From IMG/VR virus record IMGVR_UViG_3300023178_000006: 64,000 bases of DNA; one strand, written 5' to 3'. The notes below the pieces were generated by a model that did no database searches, was not told the origin of the DNA, and worked only from the letters and a program-made list of their open reading frames with translations. Numbering within the stretch: the stretch's first letter is position 1; each line of letters starts with the position of its first letter. Position numbers and translations under genes: made by a program. This DNA comes from a virus (Duplodnaviria > Caudoviricetes). Positions 9,451 to 18,516 of the stretch are shown here, one piece after another.

Positions 9451-10819
9451 AATCTTCTGGGTCTAATCCCGCAAAACTAACTGAACCTGATACTGCTTTC
9501 TTTTCACCTTCTTTAACACCAAAGGTAACAATATTTTTACCTGTAGGTCCTACAATATTAATTGTAACTCGTCCTGCAGGTGGGTCTATTTTAATATCAG
9601 ATAAATCTAAATCTGGATGTTTAGCAATAATTTCAGATTTTTTAGCGGTCGTAATTGCCATCAACATCTTTGTTTCTTTATCATTAAAGCCCATAATATC
9701 TAAGATACGTTCACCGAGTTGTTCAGTACCTTCGAGGTCTTTAATTGTTTGATATACGAGTTCTGCAACTCGAGGGTTGATAGGTTTACGTGCTTCTCCT
9801 CTTGCGGCTTCTAATTTTGTTTGGTCAAGTTTATCAATTTGAGCATCAGTTAAACCGCGTAATCTTTTTATCTTATCACGTACTGCTTGTTGTTTTTCTG
9901 GAGTTTTAGCTTTTAATAAATCTTTGTGGTCTTGTTTAATTTTATCTAAGTTAGAAGATTTTTGAATTAAATCAATAAGTACTCTGTCTGTTTTTGCCTT
10001 TTGGTCAAATTTAGCTGCATACTTATCTCCACCTAAGTGTCCGCATAAAGCTTTTGCGGTTGTATTTGCAAGACCTACAGTTTTCTTTCCATATAATTTT
10101 AAAGAATAACCATCAAGGATTTCTTTACCTTCTTTCATGATAGCAACACGAATGTCTGCTTTGAAATCGATTCCATCTTGGAATGCGAGATTATCGAGGT
10201 AAGCTCCTATGATAGTAGCTTTTTGAGCAACAGCATTTGAAATAAGAAAGTTCGCCATATCAAGAGAACCTTTCTTAATAATGGCGATATTCTTATTGTA
10301 CTGTTTAGAATTAAAGGCTCTTAAGTCTTTATCCCATTTTTGAACTGTTTGGTTAATTGGTAATCTATACTTTTCGTAATCTTTAGATATATTAACCTGT
10401 TCACCTCTATGATTGAAGAGGAATTGACATACTAATGCTTCGTTATAGTTTCCTTTAATGGCTTCGAGTCCACCTTCAAGAAGAACATTATCATGTTGAG
10501 ATAGAATATCTTCTTTGACTTGAGCGGGAATATTGATTTCGACTTCTTTAAATAGAGGAGCTCGTTTAACCTCACGATTAAAGAGCATTGCGATACCTCT
10601 TTTTAACGCTGTCCATGTTGCTTTAAGCTTACGAACAATGTTATCACCCATCTTTTTAAGAAAGCGGATTTCTTGTAATTCTAGGTTAATTTCCTCGAAA
10701 CTTCTTACGTTCTCGCTAAATCTTTGAGGTTTAGAAACAGCAAAAGTGCTCTCATTTACTGGAGCACTTACTGTTTTTTCTTTCGAATTTTCTGACCTAA
10801 AGTCACTAAAGTTTTTCAT
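9434..10819 (-). CDS. Putative virion-internal protein with PD-(D/E)XK-like motif
   Basis: CTS-like MKNFSDFRSE; YNE...KADIRV...GYSLK; directly after a late promoter. Confidence 0.45.
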   Translation of the reverse strand: MKNFSDFRSENSKEKTVSAPVNESTFAVSKPQRFSENVRSFEEINLELQEIRFLKKMGDNIVRKLKATWTALKRGIAMLFNREVKRAPLFKEVEINIPAQVKEDILSQHDNVLLEGGLEAIKGNYNEALVCQFLFNHRGEQVNISKDYEKYRLPINQTVQKWDKDLRAFNSKQYNKNIAIIKKGSLDMANFLISNAVAQKATIIGAYLDNLAFQDGIDFKADIRVAIMKEGKEILDGYSLKLYGKKTVGLANTTAKALCGHLGGDKYAAKFDQKAKTDRVLIDLIQKSSNLDKIKQDHKDLLKAKTPEKQQAVRDKIKRLRGLTDAQIDKLDQTKLEAARGEARKPINPRVAELVYQTIKDLEGTEQLGERILDIMGFNDKETKMLMAITTAKKSEIIAKHPDLDLSDIKIDPPAGRVTINIVGPTGKNIVTFGVKEGEKKAVSGSVSFAGLDPEDFDEYV

Positions 10820-10859
10820 TGGCGCCTTATCTATAATGAATATTTAGTATGTTATGACT

Positions 10860-10867
10860 TATTTATA
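10860..10867 (-). promoter_or_regulatory. T4-type late promoter TATAAATA
   Basis: Exact match ~40 nt upstream of the ATG at 10819. Confidence 0.7.
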
Positions 10868-10869
10868 AT

Positions 10870-12303
10870 TTATGTAAGCGTTACATCTGAAAATACGCTT
10901 TTACGAGTACCTCTCATTCTTCTACCTATATCTGTTTTATCGAACATAGGTCCGTCATCATCAACTATCTTCTTTTTTCCAGAGCTACCACCGGAACTAT
11001 CATCAACATTAATATTTCTTTGAGCACTTTCTTCCAATTCGTAAATCTTCATTTTGGCTCTGTCAATACCAACGAGGAATCTTCTATAATAACCTATGTC
11101 ACCCCAACGATTCTTAAGTTGCTTAATCATAATTTGACCAAGGTCGTCAAGTTGTTCAGATGTCACGATTGCGAAGATGGCATCAGCAGTATGAGTAATA
11201 CCCATAGATTCAGAAGTGTTAGTCAAGTCAACATCAGAATTTCCATAACCGTCCCTATTGAACTGAGAGGATGTTACAACGGCGCAGTTGTATTCCATTG
11301 CCAACCCACGAACTTCTTCTGCAATAGATTTTACGAGTGTATAACTATTCGCAGCTGCTGCACCTCTTACTCTAGATGATGCACATATATTTAAGTAATC
11401 AAGGAAGATTACATCAGGTTGAAAGTTCTTTTTGAGGCTGAGTTCATTAAGTAAATGTCTGAAATGACCAGAGTGTACTGAACCAGTAGGATATTCTTTA
11501 ATAACGAGTTTACCAGGCGTTTTAGTTTTATACCTGGCCATACGTTTACCATAAACATCTCTTGGGATTTCTTGAACTTGGTCAATAGTAATATCCATAA
11601 TGTTGGCATCAATCCTACGACCAATTTCTTCTTCTGCCATTTCCATTGTAATATACAGAACATTCTTTCCATACATTAAATGATTAGCAGCCATGTGACA
11701 TTTCAATAATGATTTACCACCACCCGTTGTTGCCAATAAGACAGTCATTGATTTACGAGGTAAACCACCTTTAGTAATTTTATTAAAGATATCGATATCA
11801 AATGGAATACGTTCTTCTTTCTTGTGATAGTGTTCATATCTATCTTCAAAGTCATTTAAGAAGTCGTGACCAACACTAGTGTCGAAAGAAATACCCAATG
11901 AGTCAGATAGGAGTTTAGGTATTTCACCTTTGCCTATACTAGACTCACCATCGAGTATGTTAATTGATTTACGAATTGCGTTATATAAATCTTTGTCTTG
12001 GCAAAACTTTTCAGTTTCATCAATGAGATATTGTACATTAGTATCGACATCAATACTCAACGTATTAATGAGTTCATTTACTTGATTGTAATTATCTTCG
12101 TTTAAATCTTTACGATTATCAACAGCAATTCTCAGAGCCTCAACTGAAGGAGGCTCTTTGTATTTGTCTACGTATTCAGAGACAGTCGAAAAGACTTTAC
12201 GAAGAGCAATATCCTCAAAATATTCTTCTTTTAGATAAGGAAAAACCTTTCGGCTATAATCCTCATTCAGAATCAGATTCGATAATATCGTCTTCTCTAT
12301 CAT
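10870..12303 (-). CDS. gp41: Replicative DNA helicase (T4 gp41)
   Basis: TTGGGKS Walker A, LYITMEMAEE, IKEYPTG, LDYLNIC, SESMG, KQLKNRWG. Confidence 0.95.
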   Translation of the reverse strand: MIEKTILSNLILNEDYSRKVFPYLKEEYFEDIALRKVFSTVSEYVDKYKEPPSVEALRIAVDNRKDLNEDNYNQVNELINTLSIDVDTNVQYLIDETEKFCQDKDLYNAIRKSINILDGESSIGKGEIPKLLSDSLGISFDTSVGHDFLNDFEDRYEHYHKKEERIPFDIDIFNKITKGGLPRKSMTVLLATTGGGKSLLKCHMAANHLMYGKNVLYITMEMAEEEIGRRIDANIMDITIDQVQEIPRDVYGKRMARYKTKTPGKLVIKEYPTGSVHSGHFRHLLNELSLKKNFQPDVIFLDYLNICASSRVRGAAAANSYTLVKSIAEEVRGLAMEYNCAVVTSSQFNRDGYGNSDVDLTNTSESMGITHTADAIFAIVTSEQLDDLGQIMIKQLKNRWGDIGYYRRFLVGIDRAKMKIYELEESAQRNINVDDSSGGSSGKKKIVDDDGPMFDKTDIGRRMRGTRKSVFSDVTLT

Positions 12304-13354
12304 CTTCTACTTCCTCGCTTACACTATCAATCATAGTGAGTTTAAATTTCTTCTCAACAAAATCATTGAAACGCTTATCATCAATAAGACCTTTGAAGAA
12401 TGCTTCATCAGCTTCAATATCTTTGAGTCTACGTTTTGGTTCAATAATCTCACCTGTATCCATATTTACCAAATTGTACCAGCCTTGATTTGCTTTCGTC
12501 AAGTGACCAGATTCAAGAGCTAAGTCAAATAGACTTGAATATTTTTGGATACCTGTGTCATATAAGACTGTGAATGGTAACTTAGATTTTTCTTTAACAT
12601 ATCTTGATTTCTCAATATTAATGGTAAACTTAAACCCTTGTAGTTCAGTACCTTGCTTTTCTTGAGCTTTAGATATAATAAAGATTTGGTTAGCCGAATA
12701 GTAAATACCGGTACCACCAGACACCACGTTCTTTGGAAACAATCCAATTTCCTTATAGGTATGGTTAACAGCAATCATTGGAATATCCTTTCCAGTGAGC
12801 TTAGGTGTAACGATACGGAATAAAGATTTAAGCTGTTTAGCACGTGACATGTCAGCAACTGACTTTTCATTTTCAGCATCTTCAACTTCTTTACGAGAAG
12901 CGAGGTTACCTACTGAGTCAATCATGATGAATACTTTATCGCCCTTTTCAATTTCGTTTAACCTTTTAGTAGCATCAAACTTTAATTGTTCAACGTCTTC
13001 AATAGGAACGTGAATAACACGATTAGTATCAATATTATAGCTTTCCAAATATTCAGGCGTAATACCGTATTCTGAATCATATAAGATTGCAACACCTTCT
13101 GGATATTTTTGAAGGTATGCTTTCATACAATAAAGTCCCAATAATGTTTTGAAACTTTTAGATTCACCGGCTACAACCGTGAGACCAGGAAGTAAACCAC
13201 CTTTCAAAGAACCGCAGAATGCGATATTTACGATAGGTAGTTCTGTTTGAATTGGGTCTTTTTCGTTAAAGAACGAACTTTTACTGAGAACAGTCGACCC
13301 TTTGACTGAACCAGCTTTTAGCATTTTATCTAATAGACTCATATTATTCTCCAC
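12263..13354 (-). CDS. uvsX: RecA-like recombinase
   Basis: AGESKSFKT, YDSEYG, IDSVGNLAS, ADMSRAK, SGGTG, IEKSRYVKEKS. Confidence 0.95.
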   Translation of the reverse strand: MENNMSLLDKMLKAGSVKGSTVLSKSSFFNEKDPIQTELPIVNIAFCGSLKGGLLPGLTVVAGESKSFKTLLGLYCMKAYLQKYPEGVAILYDSEYGITPEYLESYNIDTNRVIHVPIEDVEQLKFDATKRLNEIEKGDKVFIMIDSVGNLASRKEVEDAENEKSVADMSRAKQLKSLFRIVTPKLTGKDIPMIAVNHTYKEIGLFPKNVVSGGTGIYYSANQIFIISKAQEKQGTELQGFKFTINIEKSRYVKEKSKLPFTVLYDTGIQKYSSLFDLALESGHLTKANQGWYNLVNMDTGEIIEPKRRLKDIEADEAFFKGLIDDKRFNDFVEKKFKLTMIDSVSEEVEDDREDDIIESDSE

Positions 13355-13631
13355 TTAATATTTGATATAATTTATCTGCAAAAGCGTCTAGCTTCGAATA
13401 ACGGTCGGGCCAATAGATATAATCCTTTTCAGGATTTGCCTTTAGGTTATTTAGTAATGGTACTATTGCATCATATAATAACTGAGCTTTTTCTGATGCG
13501 CTTGTTGCAGCAGCAGCTTTTGTCTCAGCTTCAAGTTTAGATTGCTGAACAACGTCGAGTTCATCAGCATCCATGGCTGTAAAACCAAAATCAAAATCAA
13601 CGATTGATTCTGTAATTTTGTTATCTGTCAT
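13344..13631 (-). CDS. Conserved hypothetical protein
   Basis: RBS GGAG; DFDFGFTA motif; co-oriented in the replication operon. Confidence 0.65.
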   Translation of the reverse strand: MTDNKITESIVDFDFGFTAMDADELDVVQQSKLEAETKAAAATSASEKAQLLYDAIVPLLNNLKANPEKDYIYWPDRYSKLDAFADKLYQILSGE

Positions 13632-13644
13632 TTGTTTCTCCTTT

Positions 13645-13676
13645 AAAAAATAGGGAGGGATTGGCTACCCTCCCAT
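13645..13676 (-). terminator. Rho-independent terminator after gp32
   Basis: GGGAGGG/CCCTCCC stem followed by a T-run on the minus strand. Confidence 0.75.
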
Positions 13677-13684
13677 ACGCATCA

Positions 13685-14608
13685 TTAACCTCTTGCGAGT
13701 TCTTTAAAGATTGACAAATCATCATCGTCATCATCAGCTTGAACACTAGGTTCTGCTGTTGGTGTCGGTTCAGGCGCTTGAGCTGTTTTAGCATCAAACG
13801 TCAAGTCATCATCACTAGTGTCTTCTTCAAATGTTGACTGAGCAACTGGTTCATCAGAAGATAAGTCAAGTACTCTGTAAAGCTTAGTCTTTAATTCCGC
13901 ATAGGACTTAAAGTTCTTAGGGTCTACAATGTCTTGTAGTGAATGTTGCGAATTCCAAACGGTTTCCAATTCTCCATCGTCTTCGAACAATGCTGATGGT
14001 GCATCAAACTCTGACTTATCATAGTTTGGATAACCTTCAAACTGACGAATTTTCAATCTGAAGTTTGCACCTTCCCATAGGTCGAAAGGATTTACTGGTT
14101 CTTCATCTTCAAAAGTAGGATTCATTAAGTCATTCAACTTATCAAAGATTTTCTTACCAAAAGCGTATAGGAAAACTTTTCCTTCGTTTTCTGGATTGCT
14201 TGGGTCTTTCACCACGTAGATATTAGAAGTATACTTCAATCTACGTTTTTGCTTACGAGCCTGGTCTTTATCAGCTTCAACACCTGAGTTCCAAAGTTTG
14301 GAGTTGTACTCAGATACTGGGTCATCTTGACCAAGAGTTGTAAGCGAGTTTTCGATATACCATAATCCTGTAGGACCTTGGAACCCGTGGTCCCATACTC
14401 GAACGAAAGGCATTTCTTCACCTTGAGGCGCAGGTAAGAAACGAATTACTGCGAATCCGTTACCGGCTTTGTCTCTAGTTGGTTTCCAAAATTTACCTTC
14501 ATTCGGGTCCGAATAAGATTTGGTAGTGATTTTCTCGAGTTGAGCATTAAGCTTATCGAGAGATTTAGAACGATTCTTCTTTAACGAAGCAAAGTTTGTA
14601 GTTGCCAT
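13685..14608 (-). CDS. gp32: Single-stranded DNA-binding protein (T4 gp32)
   Basis: KAGNGFAVIRFLP, HGFQGP, WYIENS, GKKIFDK, GANFRLK, acidic tail. Confidence 0.96.
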   Translation of the reverse strand: MATTNFASLKKNRSKSLDKLNAQLEKITTKSYSDPNEGKFWKPTRDKAGNGFAVIRFLPAPQGEEMPFVRVWDHGFQGPTGLWYIENSLTTLGQDDPVSEYNSKLWNSGVEADKDQARKQKRRLKYTSNIYVVKDPSNPENEGKVFLYAFGKKIFDKLNDLMNPTFEDEEPVNPFDLWEGANFRLKIRQFEGYPNYDKSEFDAPSALFEDDGELETVWNSQHSLQDIVDPKNFKSYAELKTKLYRVLDLSSDEPVAQSTFEEDTSDDDLTFDAKTAQAPEPTPTAEPSVQADDDDDDLSIFKELARG

Positions 14609-14654
14609 AATTTTTCTCCTTTATATAGCGTTATTTTGCGTAGTATTGCGACAA

Positions 14655-15257
14655 TCAAAAAAAGTATCCACGTGTAATGGATTTAAACTTTTCTTCATTG
14701 TAATCTAAGAAAGGCTTATATTTCTTAGACTTGTTTATTATATCACATGAGACGATTTTGTCAACTATTTTTTCACTCCAATATGAAAATATTTTCGCTT
14801 GGTGTGAGAGAATAGTGAAAGTTTCTAATGAAATTTTCTTTTGACTAAACATCGTCATTATATGAGGATGCTGTCCGTCTCGTGATACAAAGTTTTGTTG
14901 GTAGTCATCTAATAGATGAACCAACTCAGATTTGAAAACATGACTCAAAGAATCTTGTTTTCGCTTCCATTCTATATATCTATTTTGAGCTTCCTCTTCG
15001 AGGACTTCTCGTACCCAGATATCAGGTTTGTAGATTACATTCGCTAATATTAAGTTTATGTAATCGTCTCTTTTCGCCAGTTTAGCGAAAAAATATGCGT
15101 CATTGCGTGCCATGAAAGTTTCGTAGGATGCACGGACCTTTCCATTATATTTAAAAAAGTCATAATTGTCTGTACTAAAATGTTTCCTTAATGCAAGGTA
15201 TTTTACGTAAGCTTCATATGAACTATCACTTAATATGGTCGGTGATATCCGGCTCAT
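14655..15257 (-). CDS. gp59: Helicase loader (T4 gp59)
   Basis: Y..YLALRKHF...YDFFKYNGK, RNDAYFFAKLA, ISLETF. Confidence 0.9.
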   Translation of the reverse strand: MSRISPTILSDSSYEAYVKYLALRKHFSTDNYDFFKYNGKVRASYETFMARNDAYFFAKLAKRDDYINLILANVIYKPDIWVREVLEEEAQNRYIEWKRKQDSLSHVFKSELVHLLDDYQQNFVSRDGQHPHIMTMFSQKKISLETFTILSHQAKIFSYWSEKIVDKIVSCDIINKSKKYKPFLDYNEEKFKSITRGYFF

Positions 15258-15465
15258 CTTTCCTCACCATCTTGAGACCTACTGCTTCAGTACGTACTTT
15301 CTCTCGAAGTATCGAAGATTTCTTTACAATTTGAGCTACGGTTTCAATTTCAATGTTATTCTTTTCTGCAAAATCTACAAGGGCATCAATATAAGGAACG
15401 CCTCTTGATATATTTTTAGAAATTTCATGATGTACTTTATCTGGTGTCATTGCAACAACTGACAT
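15226..15465 (-). CDS. gp33: Late transcription coactivator (T4 gp33)
   Basis: YIDALVDFAEKNNIEIETVAQIV...EA; start moved to MSVVAM, which has a GGGAGA RBS. Confidence 0.85.
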   Translation of the reverse strand: MSVVAMTPDKVHHEISKNISRGVPYIDALVDFAEKNNIEIETVAQIVKKSSILREKVRTEAVGLKMVRKDEPDITDHIK

Positions 15466-15518
15466 ATCTTTTTGTTCTCCCTTATTAGGCATATAACTAT
15501 CCCAAGTTTATACAGTAT

Positions 15519-15547
15519 ATTATACTATAAAATGAACAGATTGTCAA
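15519..15547 (-). promoter_or_regulatory. Sigma70-type promoter (gp33/gp59/gp32 operon)
   Basis: AAACAG-TTGACA-17-TATAAT. Confidence 0.8.
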
Positions 15548-15614
15548 CTGTTTTTTTTAATTATTTTCAACTGTGATAAAAATCGGAGTAACAAGTTTCC
15601 TCATTACTCCGACC

Positions 15615-15643
15615 ATTATACCATAGTTTTACGTGATTGTCAA
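15615..15643 (-). promoter_or_regulatory. Second tandem sigma70-type promoter
   Basis: ACAG-TTGACA-17-TATAAT with extended -10 TG. Confidence 0.75.
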
Positions 15644-15650
15644 CTGTTAT

Positions 15651-15869
15651 TTATACAATCCAGATATCTTTTGCTTTATTGCAGGTATCTAAAACATTGT
15701 ACTTATGTAAGTCGCAGAGTTCAACATGATGCTGAACGAGAGGCATTCCATAAAGTGGGGAGTGGAATGGTTCGTAGAGGTCGGGCCAGATGATTGGAGC
15801 CAAAAAGCCTAACATGCACAACCCGAAAAAGGCCACACCCAGAGTCCAGTTTCTGATTGTTCTTAACAT
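15651..15869 (-). CDS. Small membrane protein
   Basis: One hydrophobic segment (WTLGVAFFGLCMLGFLAPIIW). Confidence 0.55.
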   Translation of the reverse strand: MLRTIRNWTLGVAFFGLCMLGFLAPIIWPDLYEPFHSPLYGMPLVQHHVELCDLHKYNVLDTCNKAKDIWIV

Positions 15870-15870
15870 T

Positions 15871-16107
15871 TTATTCTACCTCGCGTGGGTCCTTGGCCGT
15901 ATTAATAATATAACCTTTTGCTTCCCATTGTTCTAATGTTCTGCATCGTGTTTTACGTTGAGTAAGACCATTGATTCCTACGGTTTCTACTCGAGCACAG
16001 TAAAGTCCGTCATCATTCAAACGTGCTACATAATCCTTAGGTTCAGCCATTGCAACTGAACTCAATCCCATTGCTGCGAGAGACGCAGCGATAACTAACA
16101 TTCTCAT
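15871..16107 (-). CDS. Small secreted/periplasmic protein with signal peptide and two Cys
   Basis: MRMLVIAASLAAMGLSSVAMA|EPK signal; strong AAGGAG RBS. Confidence 0.65.
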   Translation of the reverse strand: MRMLVIAASLAAMGLSSVAMAEPKDYVARLNDDGLYCARVETVGINGLTQRKTRCRTLEQWEAKGYIINTAKDPREVE

Positions 16108-16257
16108 TGTTAATTTTTCTCCTTAGATTTGGTTAAGTGGTGGTGTTGAACTGTTATTCAACGGATTTATATATACGTGAAAATTGATATTTTATATTAA
16201 TTTTATGTTAAACTGCGGTATTTTATTGTATTCCAATTATGAATAGTTTGACAAAAG

Positions 16258-16947
16258 TTATACTTCTTGGAATAGTACATTCTCAACATATTGATTCTTA
16301 CGTTCTTCAGTAATACCCATTGCGAGTATTGAGGAATGAAGCATACGATTCATTTTCTGATTACGGCAATATTTGTTTTGAGCTTCATGAGTGTTGAGTC
16401 CTTCAACTTTTTGATGTACTGGGTTATCCATTTCCATACAATAGAATGATGCAAGGTTGAATGCCATATTACAAAGTTGGTCAGTTTCTTCTCCCTCGCG
16501 TATGCTACCCGCACCTACGATGTTTGGTGAAAAGATTTCTAACGCCCAATCTGGCATTTCTCTAGCCCTCGTCCATGCAAGGTCTTTTGTCTCTAATGAG
16601 AACTTATCAAGGAAAGGATGTGGTCTCTCAGTTAAAGGTGAGTAATCACAGAAACATCCTGATATCTTTTTGGGATTGGCAACGATATCTAAACCAAAGA
16701 TAGGAAGGTCGACATCAAAGTGTGGGAATATATTGATGTGCATTAACCATAGTTTATTATTACCTACGGGTTCGATTGTTTTAAGGTGTGCTTTTCTGAT
16801 TGTATCACTTGACCAAAACCAGTCACTCCAACCTTCTAAATCTGCAGTATGTTCTGGATTGTCATACTGTGTCATACTTCGGTCGAAGAGACTGATAAGT
16901 TCTTGAGATAGATTTCTCAATCTATCAAATAATTCTGATTCTATCAT
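16258..16947 (-). CDS. Ferredoxin-dependent bilin reductase (PcyA/PcyX type)
   Basis: LMHINIFP...LPIFGLDIV (His/Asp pair), CDYSP, AQNKYC..QKMN; ATGA overlap with heme oxygenase. Confidence 0.85.
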   Translation of the reverse strand: MIESELFDRLRNLSQELISLFDRSMTQYDNPEHTADLEGWSDWFWSSDTIRKAHLKTIEPVGNNKLWLMHINIFPHFDVDLPIFGLDIVANPKKISGCFCDYSPLTERPHPFLDKFSLETKDLAWTRAREMPDWALEIFSPNIVGAGSIREGEETDQLCNMAFNLASFYCMEMDNPVHQKVEGLNTHEAQNKYCRNQKMNRMLHSSILAMGITEERKNQYVENVLFQEV

Positions 16948-17558
16948 TCCCAATTATAATCTGAATTTTCTACAAGGATTGCTTCAGCAGATTTAAACTC
17001 ATCTGGGTTTGCGTGATAATCTTCCATTAGTTCATGGAATAATCTTTCAGCATACTCAAAACAAATTTTTGCTTCATCTGCCATACCATCGTGAAGCAAC
17101 TCACGAACATCTTTAATCAATCCAGCCCTATTTTCAAACTCATACATGGTACCACTACCAGGCACGTGTTTCTTAATCATCTGGCCACCGTGAGCATCTC
17201 CAAAGTGTCTTACGTATAGATGAGCAAGTAAACCATCGTTATCATCTTTTTCTAAAAGTGTTTGAATGTGAGCGTTGTATTCTGTTGTTGAGTTATAATT
17301 ATCTTCTACTTCTTCAAGGTCGAACATTGTTTCAAGTTCTTGTAAATCTTCTTCAATTAATGAAGACCTAAAGATAGGTTCAACTTCCATCGGTACACTA
17401 ACTGCGGACTCAAGCGCCATATAATTTTGAGCTTGAGCATGTAAATATAATTGATATAATCGAGGTGGAATCTCATCTGACATTAATAGTTCTGCAAACT
17501 CTGTACGTTCTGCATTGTCATGATGAGCTCTTGTTAATTCTTTAAGGTTATTTGCCAT
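16944..17558 (-). CDS. Heme oxygenase
   Basis: LKELTRAHHDNAE (proximal His), AHLYVRHFGDAHGGQMI, EAKICFEY. Confidence 0.92.
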   Translation of the reverse strand: MANNLKELTRAHHDNAERTEFAELLMSDEIPPRLYQLYLHAQAQNYMALESAVSVPMEVEPIFRSSLIEEDLQELETMFDLEEVEDNYNSTTEYNAHIQTLLEKDDNDGLLAHLYVRHFGDAHGGQMIKKHVPGSGTMYEFENRAGLIKDVRELLHDGMADEAKICFEYAERLFHELMEDYHANPDEFKSAEAILVENSDYNWE

Positions 17559-17604
17559 TGGTCACTCCTACATGAAATATAGCTGTTTCGTATATAATTC
17601 TATA

Positions 17605-17612
17605 TATAAATA
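17605..17612 (+). promoter_or_regulatory. T4-type late promoter TATAAATA
   Basis: Exact match upstream of the 17643-18909 cluster. Confidence 0.6.
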
Positions 17613-17642
17613 ATTAACGAATCCACGAGAGGAATATGTTCA

Positions 17643-17798
17643 ATGGAAAAACAGCTTGAAAAGATTGAACAATTGCTTGTTCGTCTAGAAGAAAGAATAG
17701 AAAAATTAGAGAAAGATTCTCACCCATGCAAAGAACTGCATGAGTTCGATGTATGGCCAGAATTGAATGCACGGATTGAGAGACTAGAAAATACATGA
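17643..17798 (+). CDS. Small coiled-coil hypothetical protein (51 aa)
   Basis: Manual translation MEKQLEKIEQLLVRLEERIEKLE...; GAGGA RBS; ATGA overlap with iscA. Confidence 0.55.
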   Translation: MEKQLEKIEQLLVRLEERIEKLEKDSHPCKELHEFDVWPELNARIERLENT

Positions 17799-18118
17799 TA
17801 GAGTTAACAAATGAAGCAGTATCTAAAGCGATTGAGAGAACAGCAGGCTCGAGCCCAAGTAATATCAGAGTTGGTGTTATTCCTGGTGGTTGTGCTGGTT
17901 GGGAGTATGTTATTGAATATGCTCATAATATTAATGAAGATGATAATGTCGTAGATTACGGCAATTTCAATCTCGTAGTTAATAATCAAAGTGTACCCTA
18001 TTTAGAAGGTTGTACGCTTGATTGGAAAAAAGAAGGATTAAATGAATTTTTTAACATCATTAACCCAAGAGAAGATGCTTCTTGCGGATGTGGTGTTTCA
18101 GTAAGTTTTAAGGTTTAA
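17795..18118 (+). CDS. iscA: A-type Fe-S cluster carrier (IscA/HesB)
   Basis: GGCAG, LEGCTLDW, NP...SCGCG motifs. Confidence 0.92.
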   Translation: MIELTNEAVSKAIERTAGSSPSNIRVGVIPGGCAGWEYVIEYAHNINEDDNVVDYGNFNLVVNNQSVPYLEGCTLDWKKEGLNEFFNIINPREDASCGCGVSVSFKV

Positions 18119-18119
18119 T

Positions 18120-18290
18120 ATGATTGACGGTGTTATCTTAGTTGCATTCCTTGTACCTAGCTTTATAGCAATATTCCATTTGATGATTATTGGAAGCGAA
18201 GGAACAAAGGGAATTGAAAAAGACCCTTATGTAACTAAAAGCGGTGTTCGTCACACTGCACAAAAGAGTAGGTCAGATTTTATAGTCTGA
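18120..18290 (+). CDS. Small membrane protein (56 aa)
   Basis: Manual translation MIDGVILVAFLVPSFIAIFHLMII...; fills the gap between co-oriented genes. Confidence 0.5.
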   Translation: MIDGVILVAFLVPSFIAIFHLMIIGSEGTKGIEKDPYVTKSGVRHTAQKSRSDFIV

Positions 18291-18309
18291 TTACACAAAG
18301 GAGAAATAT

Positions 18310-18513
18310 ATGTTAAATCTCGATTTAATCAAAGGTTATGTTAACCTAGGAAAAGACTGGGTTGTTTCACGTTTAGGTGAAAGAACGTCATTAGACGGTG
18401 GTGTTATCATTGCTGTTTGTGGTGGTTACTTAGTTCTAGGTGGCTTAATTGACCTTGTAGCATGGGGTGGATTACTCTATGGTGCATGGACTCTATGGAA
18501 ATCAGAGGGGTAA
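18310..18513 (+). CDS. Small two-TM membrane protein
   Basis: AAAGGAG RBS; hydrophobic Gly-rich C-terminal half. Confidence 0.65.
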   Translation: MLNLDLIKGYVNLGKDWVVSRLGERTSLDGGVIIAVCGGYLVLGGLIDLVAWGGLLYGAWTLWKSEG

Positions 18514-18516
18514 AAC

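Noticed and set aside
15557-15604. 15-codon minigene between tandem promoters
   Set aside because: GGAG is only 2 nt from the ATG; no supporting motif.
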